Source: a virus. Taken from it: a stretch of DNA of 64,000 nucleotides. The translations under genes and the position numbers were made by a program. Positions within the stretch are counted from its first letter, which is position 1. Each line of letters begins with the position of its first letter. The stretch lies in the IMG/VR virus record IMGVR_UViG_2593339207_000001, one strand, 5' to 3'. The notes under the pieces are model-generated. The model was given only the letters and a program-made list of their open reading frames with translations. It searched no databases and was not told where the DNA came from. Positions 1-9,466 of this stretch are shown piece after piece.

Positions 1-13
1 ATATGTTGCCTCC

Positions 14-367
14 ATGGATGCTGATGAGTTCAAAAATAGAACCAGAACTTTCGCGATCAGGGTGATCCGGTTGGTAGAAGCGTTGCCGAAAAACCAGACC
101 GCGAAAGTGATTGGAAACCAGTTGCTCCGCTGTGGCACCTCGGTTGGTGCGAACTATCGGGCCTCCTGCCGCGCCAAATCCCCTGCCGACTTCATCGCTA
201 AAATGGCCATCGTCGAGGAAGAATGCGATGAATCCATCTACTGGATGGAGCTGATCGCCGAAGCCGGTTTAATGAACGAGAAGCGCTTGACCGATCTGAA
301 AAACGAAGCAAACGAAATCCTTTCCATGGTCGTCGCCTCCATAAAAACCGCCCGCTCCCGCAAGTAA
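14..367 (+). CDS. Four helix bundle protein (23S rRNA IVP / TIGR02436-like)
   Basis: 117 aa with typical QLLRCGTSVGANYRAS...ADFIAKMAIVEEECDESIYWMEL pattern. Confidence 0.9.
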   Translation: MDADEFKNRTRTFAIRVIRLVEALPKNQTAKVIGNQLLRCGTSVGANYRASCRAKSPADFIAKMAIVEEECDESIYWMELIAEAGLMNEKRLTDLKNEANEILSMVVASIKTARSRK

Positions 368-390
368 TCCGCAGTCCGCAATCCGAAATC
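366..390 (+). repeat. Short degenerate tandem repeat after the four-helix-bundle gene
   Basis: aatccgc-agtccgc-aatccga-aatc directly at the stop codon. Confidence 0.6.
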
Positions 391-395
391 ATCAA

Positions 396-1175
396 TCAGC
401 TTGTCCCTTTGCGCTCCTGGGGGATGAAGCGGAATTCGCTGTTTTCGATGGCCCGCACATCCTCGTGGCGGATGGTGAGCATGGTCATGGGCGGCACCTC
501 CAGCTCGCGCCAGCCCTTCTCGTTGTTCACGGCAAAGTCGATAAAGGCGTCGTCCGAGGCGTAGAGCACCACCCGGTGCTGGCGGTGGATGCGCAGGCAG
601 AGTGGCTTGTTGCCCTTGAGTACGGTGATGGTGCTGGGGTCGAGCCGCGAGGCCAGCACGGCGCTCATCTGGCCGCGACAGAGGGCAAGCGCCTTCTTCA
701 GGCCCTCCTGGTCGATGGGGCCTTCGGGCGCGAAGCGGTCGGCCAGGCGGAAGATCAGCTCGCTGTCCACTTCGGCGTAGCGCGGCAGCCCGAGTCGGCG
801 GAACAGATAATCGGCGTTGTAGATGGTGCCGTTGTGCGTGCCGATGATGATCCCGGCCCGGATGGGATGGTTGTTGCGGTTGTTGAACTCGTTGCCCCGG
901 GTGCGCCAGCGGGTGTGGCCCATGAGGATGGTGGTCTCGTTGTCGACCTGCCCGAGCAGCTCCTGAAACGGCTTCTCGTAGACCAGCTCGTGCGCCCGCA
1001 TCGGCCGTTTGAAAATCCGGTGGCTGCCATCGGTCTTGAGCCAGGCCAGACCGGAGGCGTGCGGGCCGCGTTCCTCGCTGTGCAGCAGCATGCGGATGAA
1101 GAGCTCGCGCAGGTAATCCCGCTCGTCGGGCCGTCTGCGCTTGCGGCCGAAGATGATGCCTACTTGTCCGCACAT
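396..1175 (-). CDS. Class II glutamine amidotransferase (GATase_6-like)
   Basis: Start reassigned to MCGQVG (N-terminal nucleophile Cys); GHTRWRT, NNHP and HNGTI motifs. Confidence 0.9.
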   Translation of the reverse strand: MCGQVGIIFGRKRRRPDERDYLRELFIRMLLHSEERGPHASGLAWLKTDGSHRIFKRPMRAHELVYEKPFQELLGQVDNETTILMGHTRWRTRGNEFNNRNNHPIRAGIIIGTHNGTIYNADYLFRRLGLPRYAEVDSELIFRLADRFAPEGPIDQEGLKKALALCRGQMSAVLASRLDPSTITVLKGNKPLCLRIHRQHRVVLYASDDAFIDFAVNNEKGWRELEVPPMTMLTIRHEDVRAIENSEFRFIPQERKGTS

Positions 1176-1681
1176 GGAGCCGGGTCCTCCTTGTCGCCGA
1201 AGTTCTTGCCGAGCGGTCTCGTCCCTTCGAGAACGAAGGCTGCGTATTCCCGCCGGTGGTCCGCCAGCCACGCGGCCACCTCCGGGTAGCCCATCTCGGC
1301 GGTCAGCCGGGTCACCTCCGGGTGGTCGAGCATGTTGGTGCGCCCGGAGAGTCGCACCGTCTCCAGGGCTTCGAGGAAGCGTTCCGGCCAGGGATCGCTG
1401 GCCTTGTCGTCGGGCAGGAACTCGATCAGGCCGTGCCGGGCCAGACGGGTGAGAAACTCGGCGGCCGCAGCGGCGGCTTCCTCCGGCAATGGCTGGGTCG
1501 GACCGCCTTCGATGCCAAAGAGCACCTCGGTCATGTAGTCCCGGGGCGCTCGGCTGGCGGTGAACGGCGTCTGGCCGCGCATCAACTCGACCACCTCAAG
1601 GCAGTCGGCGGCTTGCAGGGTTTCCCCGCTGCCGGGGATCGGTTCGCCGTCCAGCGTGGTGGAGCGGATCAGAATCTTCAT
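1160..1681 (-). CDS. Hypothetical protein with C-terminal DUF5049-like domain
   Basis: C-terminal LETVRLSGRTNMLD...GYPEVAAWL motif; lies between amidoligase and GATase. Confidence 0.65.
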   Translation of the reverse strand: MKILIRSTTLDGEPIPGSGETLQAADCLEVVELMRGQTPFTASRAPRDYMTEVLFGIEGGPTQPLPEEAAAAAAEFLTRLARHGLIEFLPDDKASDPWPERFLEALETVRLSGRTNMLDHPEVTRLTAEMGYPEVAAWLADHRREYAAFVLEGTRPLGKNFGDKEDPAPCADK

Positions 1682-1692
1682 GGGGCACCTCC

Positions 1693-2649
1693 TTAAACAG
1701 TGAGGCCGGGAACTTGCCCGGCCTCGTTGGTGAGAGTGGTGGTTTCGTCCGGAAGGACCTCCTCCGGTTTGGGCCGTCCGTTCTTGAAGGCGGCGTCGCC
1801 GGGCATGTTGGCCATCAGATGCTTGCGGGCGGTCTTGAACTCGTCTCCGATCAGGCCAAGGTGGAGCAGGAAGACCCGGAAGTCGTACTTGGCGCTCTGG
1901 GGATCAAAATCCCGCTTGCGGCTAGAGGCTGCCCGGCCATTGAGCGCCTTGGCGGCGACGGCGAGGCAGAATTGCAGGTAAGCCTTGATCCGCCCCGCGT
2001 GGAGGGTCGCCTCGAACCAGCGGAACTCCACCGTGCCCCGGTACCAGACGTTGTGCAGGTTGACCCCGTGATAGCGGCTGTTGTCGTAGTGCTGGGGCTG
2101 CCGGTTGTGGTAGCCGTACCAGATGCGGTTGAGCTGGTCCTTGGTGCGGGGGCGATGCTGTTCGATGCGCTGGATCAGCTCGTCGCTGACAGGCCGGGTG
2201 TAGCGGTTGAGACGGTCACGGCTGATGCCGAGGGCGTGGAGGATCAGCGGCTCCTGCTTGTAAATGATCTTGGCCAGGTTACCCAGGTGTCTGCCGTCGA
2301 AGGGCGCGGCGTCGATATGGATGTGAATGCCGCACTGGCTGTTGATCTTGCCTCCGGCGCGGCGGATGGCCCGGACCGCCTCCTGCAGTTGCGGGATGTC
2401 GTCGTAGCCGAGCACCGGGCTGACCACCTCGGCCCGCAGATGAGCCGGGACGCTGGTCAGGGAGGCGTCCCCCACCACCTTCCAGACGCGGCCGCGCAGG
2501 TCCTCGATCTCCCAGGGGTCGTAGCTGCTGGGGATGCCGACATGGCGGACCGTGCCGCCCACCACCGAGTGGATGGCCCAAGCGATCTGCTCCCGGGTGC
2601 GTTTTACGGTCTCGATCTCGATCCCGTAGTGGATCTCTTTCAGGTTCAT
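1693..2649 (-). CDS. Putative amidoligase (COOH-NH2 ligase, Amidoligase_2)
   Basis: [39 protein letters not shown] motifs. Confidence 0.9.
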   Translation of the reverse strand: MNLKEIHYGIEIETVKRTREQIAWAIHSVVGGTVRHVGIPSSYDPWEIEDLRGRVWKVVGDASLTSVPAHLRAEVVSPVLGYDDIPQLQEAVRAIRRAGGKINSQCGIHIHIDAAPFDGRHLGNLAKIIYKQEPLILHALGISRDRLNRYTRPVSDELIQRIEQHRPRTKDQLNRIWYGYHNRQPQHYDNSRYHGVNLHNVWYRGTVEFRWFEATLHAGRIKAYLQFCLAVAAKALNGRAASSRKRDFDPQSAKYDFRVFLLHLGLIGDEFKTARKHLMANMPGDAAFKNGRPKPEEVLPDETTTLTNEAGQVPGLTV

Positions 2650-2717
2650 GCGTGCCTCCGTCGTTCATGGCGCTTCTAAGTCGTTGTCTGGCAAGGCTTT
2701 TCAGCCTCCGCTTACAC

Positions 2718-2753
2718 CATGAATGAATGCTTCTTTCCGGACACAAATCAAGT
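2718..2753 (-). promoter_or_regulatory. Class-2 promoter-like motif upstream of the amidoligase operon
   Basis: ACTTGATT-N5-CCGGAA-N3-AGCATTCATTCATG; same motif at 61339..61374. Confidence 0.6.
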
Positions 2754-2835
2754 AGAAGAACAGCCGAAGCCGACATTTAACACGTTTATTTTCAATGACT
2801 TGCGAACTAGGCCGGATTGGGCGGCGCACAGGCGG

Positions 2836-2875
2836 CAGAAACCCCGGAACGGGCTGGCCGTATCCGGGGTTTCTG
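2836..2875 (-). terminator. Strong hairpin at the end of the tail operon
   Basis: Perfect 13-bp inverted repeat CAGAAACCCCGGA/TCCGGGGTTTCTG; no clear U-tract. Confidence 0.55.
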
Positions 2876-2898
2876 GGTTGGCGGTGGCAGTGAGCCGG

Positions 2899-3156
2899 TC
2901 AGCCGGAGGCGGTATCAGCGGTGATCAGGCTGGCGTGCAGCTCGAGGTTGCGCGACTCGTCGGCCCGCATCCGCGCCAGCAGCGCCGTGAAGGCCTCCGC
3001 TTCGTCGGCCGGGAGCTTTGATGCCCGTTCCAGCCGCGCCAGGCGCTGGTGCAGGTTTTCGAGCAGGCCCAGGGCATGGTCGCGGATCAGCCCGTCGCGC
3101 TTCTCCTGCGGCGAGGGAATGAACTCGGTCAGGCCGCCTTTGCGTCGAACGATCAT
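2899..3156 (-). CDS. Hypothetical helical protein, last gene of the tail operon
   Basis: 85 aa ORF with GGAGG RBS directly after the DUF4815 gene. Confidence 0.7.
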   Translation of the reverse strand: MIVRRKGGLTEFIPSPQEKRDGLIRDHALGLLENLHQRLARLERASKLPADEAEAFTALLARMRADESRNLELHASLITADTASG

Positions 3157-3168
3157 GGCCGTGCCTCC

Positions 3169-6100
3169 TTAGCTCAGGGTCGCGCCCAGCGAATGGATGC
3201 GCGGGTAGATCAGCGGCGTGCCGGTCATCTCGGCTTTGTAGCGCACCTTGTTGCCGGTGTTGTCGGTGAAGGTGCGCACCAGGGTGTACTCGGTCCAGTT
3301 CTCGTCGATGGGCCGGGTGTCCTGGATGGTCATCGCCTCCCAGGTCAGGCCGCCGTCGTTGCTGGCGAACCATTGCAGGGTGGTGCCACTGGGGATCTGC
3401 ATCTGCACATAGGCTTTGGTCGATTCCACACCCTGGGTCAGCTCGTTCTCGCGGGTCAGGTAGGCCCCGGTGGTCTTGTTGAGGTAGCCCACCAGGTTGA
3501 CGTCGCGAAAGTTGATGGCCGGAGTGTCGTTGGCAAGCGAGCTGCTCAGGCGCACGCGGATCTGGACCCGGGTGGCGAGGTTGGGCAGCCGTTCCTCCTC
3601 GGCGGGAACCATGGCGTCCCAGGTCACGCCGCCGTCGGTGGAGTATTCCCAGTCGAGACCGGTACCCTGGGGGATGGCCGAGTATTCGTCGAGGTTGATG
3701 TCGGAGAACTGCACGCCGGTGATCGGCTGAAAGCGAATCATCCCCTCGGACTGGAAGTTGTAGCCGTAGATCTTCATCGCCAGGTCGGAGCCGTTGAGCG
3801 GCGTCCAGGTCTCGGCGTTGGAGCTCTCCAGCAGCACGCCTTCCATATAGGTCTGCCGGGTGATGATGCCCCAGCGGCCCATCTTGCCCAGGGTGGCGGT
3901 GCGCACCTTGTAATTGGTGCTGTTGGTCAGCAGCACCACGGAATAGCTGGTGTTGGCCTCGGCGTAGAACGGGTCGTCGAAGCGAATGCGGGTCTCGCCG
4001 CTCAGGCTGATCTCGTTCGGGGCCAGCACTTTCTCGGCGAACACCACGCCGTTGGGCAGACCGGTGGTGACGCCGCGAATCTGCACCGTGACCGGAATGC
4101 TCGGGTCCCTGGCGGTGAACTGCAGTCCGATGCTGGAAATCACCTGGTTTTGGGTGAAGCTGAAAGTCTGGGCCAGCGGATCGCGGGGCACGAAGATGGT
4201 CTGGGTGCGCCAGACCACCTGCACCACGGGCACGCGGATGATGCGGTTCTCGATGATGCGCTCGATGCGGGTGATGACCAGCGGATCGTTGATCTGCAGG
4301 CTGGCCCGGGCCGAGTAGACGCCGTCGGCCATCTCCACGATGCGGTTGCCGTTGCGGGCGTTGGTCGGGATGGTGAAGGAGGCGCTGACCCGACCGGCCT
4401 CGTCGCTGATCAGGTTGCTGGCCATCACCTGGCCGTCGCAGCGCAGTACGATGCCGGATTTGCTCGGGGTGAAGTTGATGCCGGTGACGGCGATGCCGGT
4501 CTGGCCGCGCCGCCCGAGGTTGGGCGTGATCTGCAGCATGGCCGGGGGCTTGTCGAACACGGCGTAGGGGTTGATGTTCCGCTCCTCGGACCAGTCGTTC
4601 TGTTCCACCAGCACGGTCTCGTTGCCCGGCAGCAGTGCCAGGCTGCCGAAGAAGCTCGCGTTGCTGCCCGCCTGATCGACCGAGAGCACCGTGGAGTGAG
4701 GAATGCGGTCCGGCGCGACGAAACGGGCGATCTCGTTGACTCGGGCGTCCCATTCGGCGTGGTAGATGTCTGACTGGGCGGTGTTCGAGAAGTCGTCCGA
4801 GTAGATGCCTTTCTTGGTCTGGGCGTCCCGGTTCTGCAGCTCGTTGTTCATCTGGTACTGGGCGTCGTTGTACTTCAGGTCCTCGACGTCTTGGATGATG
4901 TCGTGGATCTGGTCCATGGTGATGCGGGTCAGGCCGAAGTTGCGGATCTCCATGTCGGTGGAGTTGGGCGGGCAGTCGATGCTGCACAGCCCCAGGGCGT
5001 TTTCCGGCACGATGGGCAGCTTCGGAAAATCCGCCGGAGCCCCTTCCAGCCGTTTGATCTCGGTGGTGGTGGCGTAAACGATGTCGCGGCGGCCGAGGTA
5101 ATAGTCGTAGTCCAGGCTGCAGTTGGAGCCGTTCACCGGCTGATCGCCGAGGCTGCCGCGCCCGAAATTGATCACGTTGAGGTTACCCAGCTCGAGCTGC
5201 ACTGGCGACATGGTGAGCCCGGCGGTGTTGGTGGCCGGAGGCGAAACGGTGCCGATCTCCTCGACGCCGTCGTCGACGTAGGATAGCGCCTCGCTGCCCA
5301 GTTCCATCAGGCGCTTGTAGTCGGTGCGTGCGCCGTTGGTGGCGGCCCGGTAGACGCGATAGCCAGTCGCGCCGCTGACCGGCAGCCAGGAGAGCTTGTT
5401 CATCTCCCCGGCGGCGGTTGCCCGGGCGATGACCGCAGCGGCGTTGAAGGCCGTCTCGCCGGTGGCGTTGTAGGCAGTCACCAGATAGAAGTAGTTTCCG
5501 GCCGCCGGATGGTTGGCCTGCCCGAACCAGCCGCTGTCCACGTAGTCGGTGCCCTTGACCATCTGCTTGGTGTAGGTCCAGCGCACCGTGTAGGTGGTGC
5601 CGATGGCCGGTTCGTTGCCGGAGCCGAGCCAGTCGACATGGTTGCCCGACTGTTGCCAGTCCACGCCCTCCTGGAAGATGGTCGCCCCTTGGCTGACCTC
5701 GAGGATGTCCACCACGGGATTGGGGTCGAGCAGGTCTTCGCCGCCGCCCACCGAGCCGCGAGTGACGTTGCGGGTAATCTCGACGATGGCCTCCACCTGG
5801 GTCGTCTCCTTGAGCGGCGTGGAGTTGACCGGATAGCGGTGCTTGTTGATGTCGAAGGTCTTCTGCTCCCCGCGCACCGACTTGGTGGCGATGGATTTGG
5901 GCACCAGGGTCGAAGTGGGCAGATCGCGCTGATGCCGGAAGCCCTGGATGTAGGCGCGTCCGGCGTTGGTGATCGCCTCCACGCTGTCGTCGTCGACGCC
6001 GCCGATGAAGGTGTCGAAGCCCCGCACCAGATAGCTTCCGGCCTGGTCGAAGGTGCGCTCGGCCAGATTCTGAATCAGGGAATTGAGCCCTTCGGCGGCG

Positions 6101-6717
6101 GCGAAGGAGAGCTGGTCCTCGGTGATCGAGGAGACGGTGATCCGGCTGCCCGGCAGCGTGCCCAGCAGATCCCGCAGGTAGAGGTTGGACTTCTCCTGCA
6201 CCGTGGGCGTGACATCGCCGCTCTCCCGGTCGAACTTGTAGATCGGGATCACCCGGCGCTCGGCCACGTTGTTGGGCAGCGTCTGGCCGCTGGTGTCTGT
6301 CGCCTTGAGAGAAAGAACCCATTTTTCCCGTTCGGCGGTGGGCTCGCCGGTGGCCGGATTGATCAGGGCCGGGTCCTGGGTGTAGCCGTAGTTGTACTTC
6401 AGCAGCTCCACATAGACGTAATCGGCCCCGCTGGTGGTGGCCGGATCATAGGTCAGGGTCGCGCCGCTCACCTGTTCCAGATGGCCGTCGATGTAGACCA
6501 CGCCCGGGGCCATGGTCAGGACGTTGGCGGCCGCGCTGACCTCGAGGCCCATGATGATGGAGCCTTCCTTGAACAGGATGTCGGCGATCTTGCGCCGCTC
6601 CAGGTTGATGATGTCCTGCTGCTCGTTGAGTTCGGAATCCAGCAGGTCGCGATCCTGATGGTAGCGGATGCGCTTGTAGTTCTTGGTCGGGTCGAATGTC
6701 TCGCGTGAGATGCTCAT
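3169..6717 (-). CDS. DUF4815-type tail fibre / distal baseplate structural protein
   Basis: 1182 aa; N-terminal FDPTKNYKRIRY...ELNEQQ pattern; beta-rich body; position after baseplate genes. Confidence 0.75.
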   Translation of the reverse strand: MSISRETFDPTKNYKRIRYHQDRDLLDSELNEQQDIINLERRKIADILFKEGSIIMGLEVSAAANVLTMAPGVVYIDGHLEQVSGATLTYDPATTSGADYVYVELLKYNYGYTQDPALINPATGEPTAEREKWVLSLKATDTSGQTLPNNVAERRVIPIYKFDRESGDVTPTVQEKSNLYLRDLLGTLPGSRITVSSITEDQLSFAAAEGLNSLIQNLAERTFDQAGSYLVRGFDTFIGGVDDDSVEAITNAGRAYIQGFRHQRDLPTSTLVPKSIATKSVRGEQKTFDINKHRYPVNSTPLKETTQVEAIVEITRNVTRGSVGGGEDLLDPNPVVDILEVSQGATIFQEGVDWQQSGNHVDWLGSGNEPAIGTTYTVRWTYTKQMVKGTDYVDSGWFGQANHPAAGNYFYLVTAYNATGETAFNAAAVIARATAAGEMNKLSWLPVSGATGYRVYRAATNGARTDYKRLMELGSEALSYVDDGVEEIGTVSPPATNTAGLTMSPVQLELGNLNVINFGRGSLGDQPVNGSNCSLDYDYYLGRRDIVYATTTEIKRLEGAPADFPKLPIVPENALGLCSIDCPPNSTDMEIRNFGLTRITMDQIHDIIQDVEDLKYNDAQYQMNNELQNRDAQTKKGIYSDDFSNTAQSDIYHAEWDARVNEIARFVAPDRIPHSTVLSVDQAGSNASFFGSLALLPGNETVLVEQNDWSEERNINPYAVFDKPPAMLQITPNLGRRGQTGIAVTGINFTPSKSGIVLRCDGQVMASNLISDEAGRVSASFTIPTNARNGNRIVEMADGVYSARASLQINDPLVITRIERIIENRIIRVPVVQVVWRTQTIFVPRDPLAQTFSFTQNQVISSIGLQFTARDPSIPVTVQIRGVTTGLPNGVVFAEKVLAPNEISLSGETRIRFDDPFYAEANTSYSVVLLTNSTNYKVRTATLGKMGRWGIITRQTYMEGVLLESSNAETWTPLNGSDLAMKIYGYNFQSEGMIRFQPITGVQFSDINLDEYSAIPQGTGLDWEYSTDGGVTWDAMVPAEEERLPNLATRVQIRVRLSSSLANDTPAINFRDVNLVGYLNKTTGAYLTRENELTQGVESTKAYVQMQIPSGTTLQWFASNDGGLTWEAMTIQDTRPIDENWTEYTLVRTFTDNTGNKVRYKAEMTGTPLIYPRIHSLGATLS

Positions 6718-6732
6718 GTTTGAATCCTCCAG

Positions 6733-7266
6733 TTAGATCTTGATGATCCCGACCAGCTCCACGCGGGTGTCGGAAATCTTGTTGAAGTCGGGAATGTTCT
6801 TCACCTCGTACAGGTAGCCCGGGCGCAGCACCTCGCCGGTCGGATTGGTGTCCTGATGGAACACGCCGCCTATGGCGAGATCCCCGGTGACGCTTTGCAC
6901 GTACTGCACATTGCCGCCGAAGAAGCCGTATTCGCGGATGGTGATGCCGTTGGCCTCGGCCTCGTCGAAGCGGAAGAAGATGCCGATGGTGTTGGTCTCC
7001 TCGCCGGTTTCCAGGTAGCGCACGCCGTTCACCAGGAGCGCCCCTTCGGCGTCCTCCTTGAGGAAGGTCCGCTTGTAGTAGCGCTTGCGGGCGCGTTCGT
7101 TTCTGAGCCCGGTCTGGCCGAGATCCGGCGCGGGCGGATTCTGCGGGTCGGTGAAGCTGGCATCCCCGTCGCCGATGGCGCAGTGGGTGATGCCGTCCAC
7201 GGCCTGGCCGAGGAGGAGTTTGGCCGTCAGTATCCGGCCGGTTTTGACGATGAGTCCCAGTGCCAT
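6733..7266 (-). CDS. Tail collar / fibre-attachment protein
   Basis: GRILTAKLL...THCAIGDG...EANGITIREYGFFGG, similar to phage tail-collar proteins. Confidence 0.7.
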   Translation of the reverse strand: MALGLIVKTGRILTAKLLLGQAVDGITHCAIGDGDASFTDPQNPPAPDLGQTGLRNERARKRYYKRTFLKEDAEGALLVNGVRYLETGEETNTIGIFFRFDEAEANGITIREYGFFGGNVQYVQSVTGDLAIGGVFHQDTNPTGEVLRPGYLYEVKNIPDFNKISDTRVELVGIIKI

Positions 7267-7278
7267 TGCTGTTCTCCT

Positions 7279-7858
7279 TTAGGTCTGAATTTCGTGGTCT
7301 TGATCGATGAGCACCGCGAACAGGATCTGGCGCGTGTCGGCCAGCAGCCTGGCCGGGATCGCGATGCGCTGAACGGTGTCGGATCGGCTGATGCGTGTAC
7401 CGGATGTCCGGACGCTGGTATCGATGCTCCGCAGCCAGGGGCGCGTCACCCGCACCGCCGTGTCGGCATCGACGCCCAGTCGACCATGGACGACGAGCCA
7501 CAGGTCAGCGCTCCGGTTCAGGCGGTTGTTCACGCGAAGCGCGAGGTCGGATCGACGTTCGAGCCGATGGGCGACCCGCACCGCGCTGTCGGCCCGGACC
7601 ATCACCGTGCGCCTGGCCGGTGCCCCGGAAAACAGCTCGAAAAGCGCTCCGGGTTGCGCCGCGCCGATGGCGAGCAGATCCGGCCGCCGGATGCCTCGGC
7701 GGGTGGTAATGGATGCCAGTTGTCCCTTATGCACGGCCACGGCGAATCCTCCCGCTGAGTTTGAGCGCCTGGCCACGGTTCATGGGCACAAGCGTTTCCG
7801 GACGACGCTGGCCGGTGATCGTAGTGACGGTTTTGAGCTTTCCGTTTCGAGTTGCCAT
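7279..7858 (-). pseudogene. Tail-region gene apparently split by a frameshift near 7727-7760
   Basis: RBS-led 43-aa ORF (7858-7727) and out-of-frame ORF 7279..7776 share a G.L..[VI]TT..G.RRP[ED].L repeat. Confidence 0.5.
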
Positions 7859-7862
7859 GGCA

Positions 7863-8852
7863 TTACTCCTTCACCGCGCACCAGCCGCCGGTGGTCAGGT
7901 TGAACACGCGGTAGCTGTCCGTTCCGATTTGAATGGCGTCTTCCGAGGCGACATTGCCGCCGCCCACGGCGAAGATCTCGATGAGTTCGCCGCGCAGTTC
8001 CTGGTAGACGGCGGAGCCGGACATCGAGGCGAGCCAGGGAAAAAGGATGGTGGTGCCGTAGCGCATCTCCGGATCGGTTTCGCCCTGGAGACCGCCGTGA
8101 GCCGCGCCACAGCGGCCCTGCTGCCCGGACGCGGAGGTCCAGCCGTCGAACTTGTTCACGGCGTAAAATGTGCCCGGCGCGTTGTAGTAGCTGTTGATGA
8201 CCGGCTGCGGGTCCTCGCCGATCTTGGCCCCCGAGGCGTAATCCCGAACGAGGGTTTCGACGGTGATGGTGTTCGGCGTGGCGACGGTGTCGGTGGCGCT
8301 CACCCGCACGCGTTCGATGCCCGCGTCGTCTTTGATCACATAGTCCTGTCCGGGCGTGACCACGGTGGCGTCGTTGACCTGAAGCACCACGCCGCTTCCG
8401 GCGGTGACCGCCGCCTGCGTAAGCGCGACGGCCCCGGACCAGAACCGTTTCAGCAATCCGCTGTAATGGCCGTAGTAGGTGGAGACGAGCTTGGTGACCA
8501 CGAAGACGTGGTCCAGGTCGGCGAACAGCCAGAAGATGAAGTCGGCGCTGTCCTCCACCCGCAGGTATGTGTAACTGGTGTGCGAAGCCTCGTTGACGCC
8601 GGTGTGGGTGGCAGCAATCCAATACTGGAATGCAGCGACGTGAATCCGCCCGGAGGTGGTGCTGATACGGAACTGTAGATAGACGTCCTCGGCCCCGGAT
8701 TCCCCGTGAGACTTGAAGACGAAATACGGCTGTGGGTCGGCCGACTGGTCGTCGTGCAGGGTCCATCCGGTGGTGGTCACCAGAAAGGTCCGCAGTTGAT
8801 TGAGCAGGTCGAGCCGACCGTGGGCGAGTCCTTGAATGCTGTGGTATGCCAT
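7863..8852 (-). CDS. Hypothetical virion (tail fibre/baseplate) protein
   Basis: 329 aa, RBS, co-oriented within the tail operon. Confidence 0.7.
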   Translation of the reverse strand: MAYHSIQGLAHGRLDLLNQLRTFLVTTTGWTLHDDQSADPQPYFVFKSHGESGAEDVYLQFRISTTSGRIHVAAFQYWIAATHTGVNEASHTSYTYLRVEDSADFIFWLFADLDHVFVVTKLVSTYYGHYSGLLKRFWSGAVALTQAAVTAGSGVVLQVNDATVVTPGQDYVIKDDAGIERVRVSATDTVATPNTITVETLVRDYASGAKIGEDPQPVINSYYNAPGTFYAVNKFDGWTSASGQQGRCGAAHGGLQGETDPEMRYGTTILFPWLASMSGSAVYQELRGELIEIFAVGGGNVASEDAIQIGTDSYRVFNLTTGGWCAVKE

Positions 8853-8862
8853 GGCGGCCTCC

Positions 8863-9456
8863 TTAGAGAATCGGGTTTTCCGTGCCGGTCAGGCGCAGCT
8901 TAATGTCGAGTTTGTTTTGCACCGGGGTGCCCGGGAGCACGGTGCAGCGCCGCCAGAAGGACAGCGTCTGCTGAAATGCCTTGTCGCCGAGATTGAGCGG
9001 TGCGCCCTGGGTGGCGGTGTCGAGTCCGGCCTGGGTCAGGGCCAGGCGGTACCAGACCGATTCGTCGGTACCGGTTTCGTCGATGGGATCGAGCACCAGC
9101 CCGGTGTAGTCGTAACCGGAATAGACGGTCGTTCCGGCGTCGTGCGCGGCCGGAGCGGTGTTGGCCACGCCCCGTTGCACGGTGAGATTGACTGTGCCGC
9201 CGCCGCTTTCGACGAGCATCTGCTCGCCGTCGATGATGATGAGTTCGCCGTCGGCAAAGCGCGGTTCTGCCAAGGGGATGGCGGTCTGCGCCGCGTCGAT
9301 GGCCGAGGCGAGGCCCGTCTGCTCGTTGGCGACGTAGAGTTGCCGATCCCTGATGTCGCCGTCGGTGCCGTTGTAGCTCTCGGCCTCGGGACGGCTGAAA
9401 TCCCCCTCGGAAATCTGCTGGGTCAGCGCTTCGTCAAGATAGAGATGTATCGCCAT
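8863..9456 (-). CDS. Hypothetical virion structural protein
   Basis: 197 aa; IDGEQM...LTVQRGVANTAPAAHDAG motif of the kind seen in tail proteins. Confidence 0.7.
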   Translation of the reverse strand: MAIHLYLDEALTQQISEGDFSRPEAESYNGTDGDIRDRQLYVANEQTGLASAIDAAQTAIPLAEPRFADGELIIIDGEQMLVESGGGTVNLTVQRGVANTAPAAHDAGTTVYSGYDYTGLVLDPIDETGTDESVWYRLALTQAGLDTATQGAPLNLGDKAFQQTLSFWRRCTVLPGTPVQNKLDIKLRLTGTENPIL

Positions 9457-9466
9457 GGGTTCTCCT

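Noticed and set aside
14-367. DGR accessory (Avd) of a diversity-generating retroelement
   Set aside because: No reverse transcriptase and no TR/VR repeat pair seen in the window
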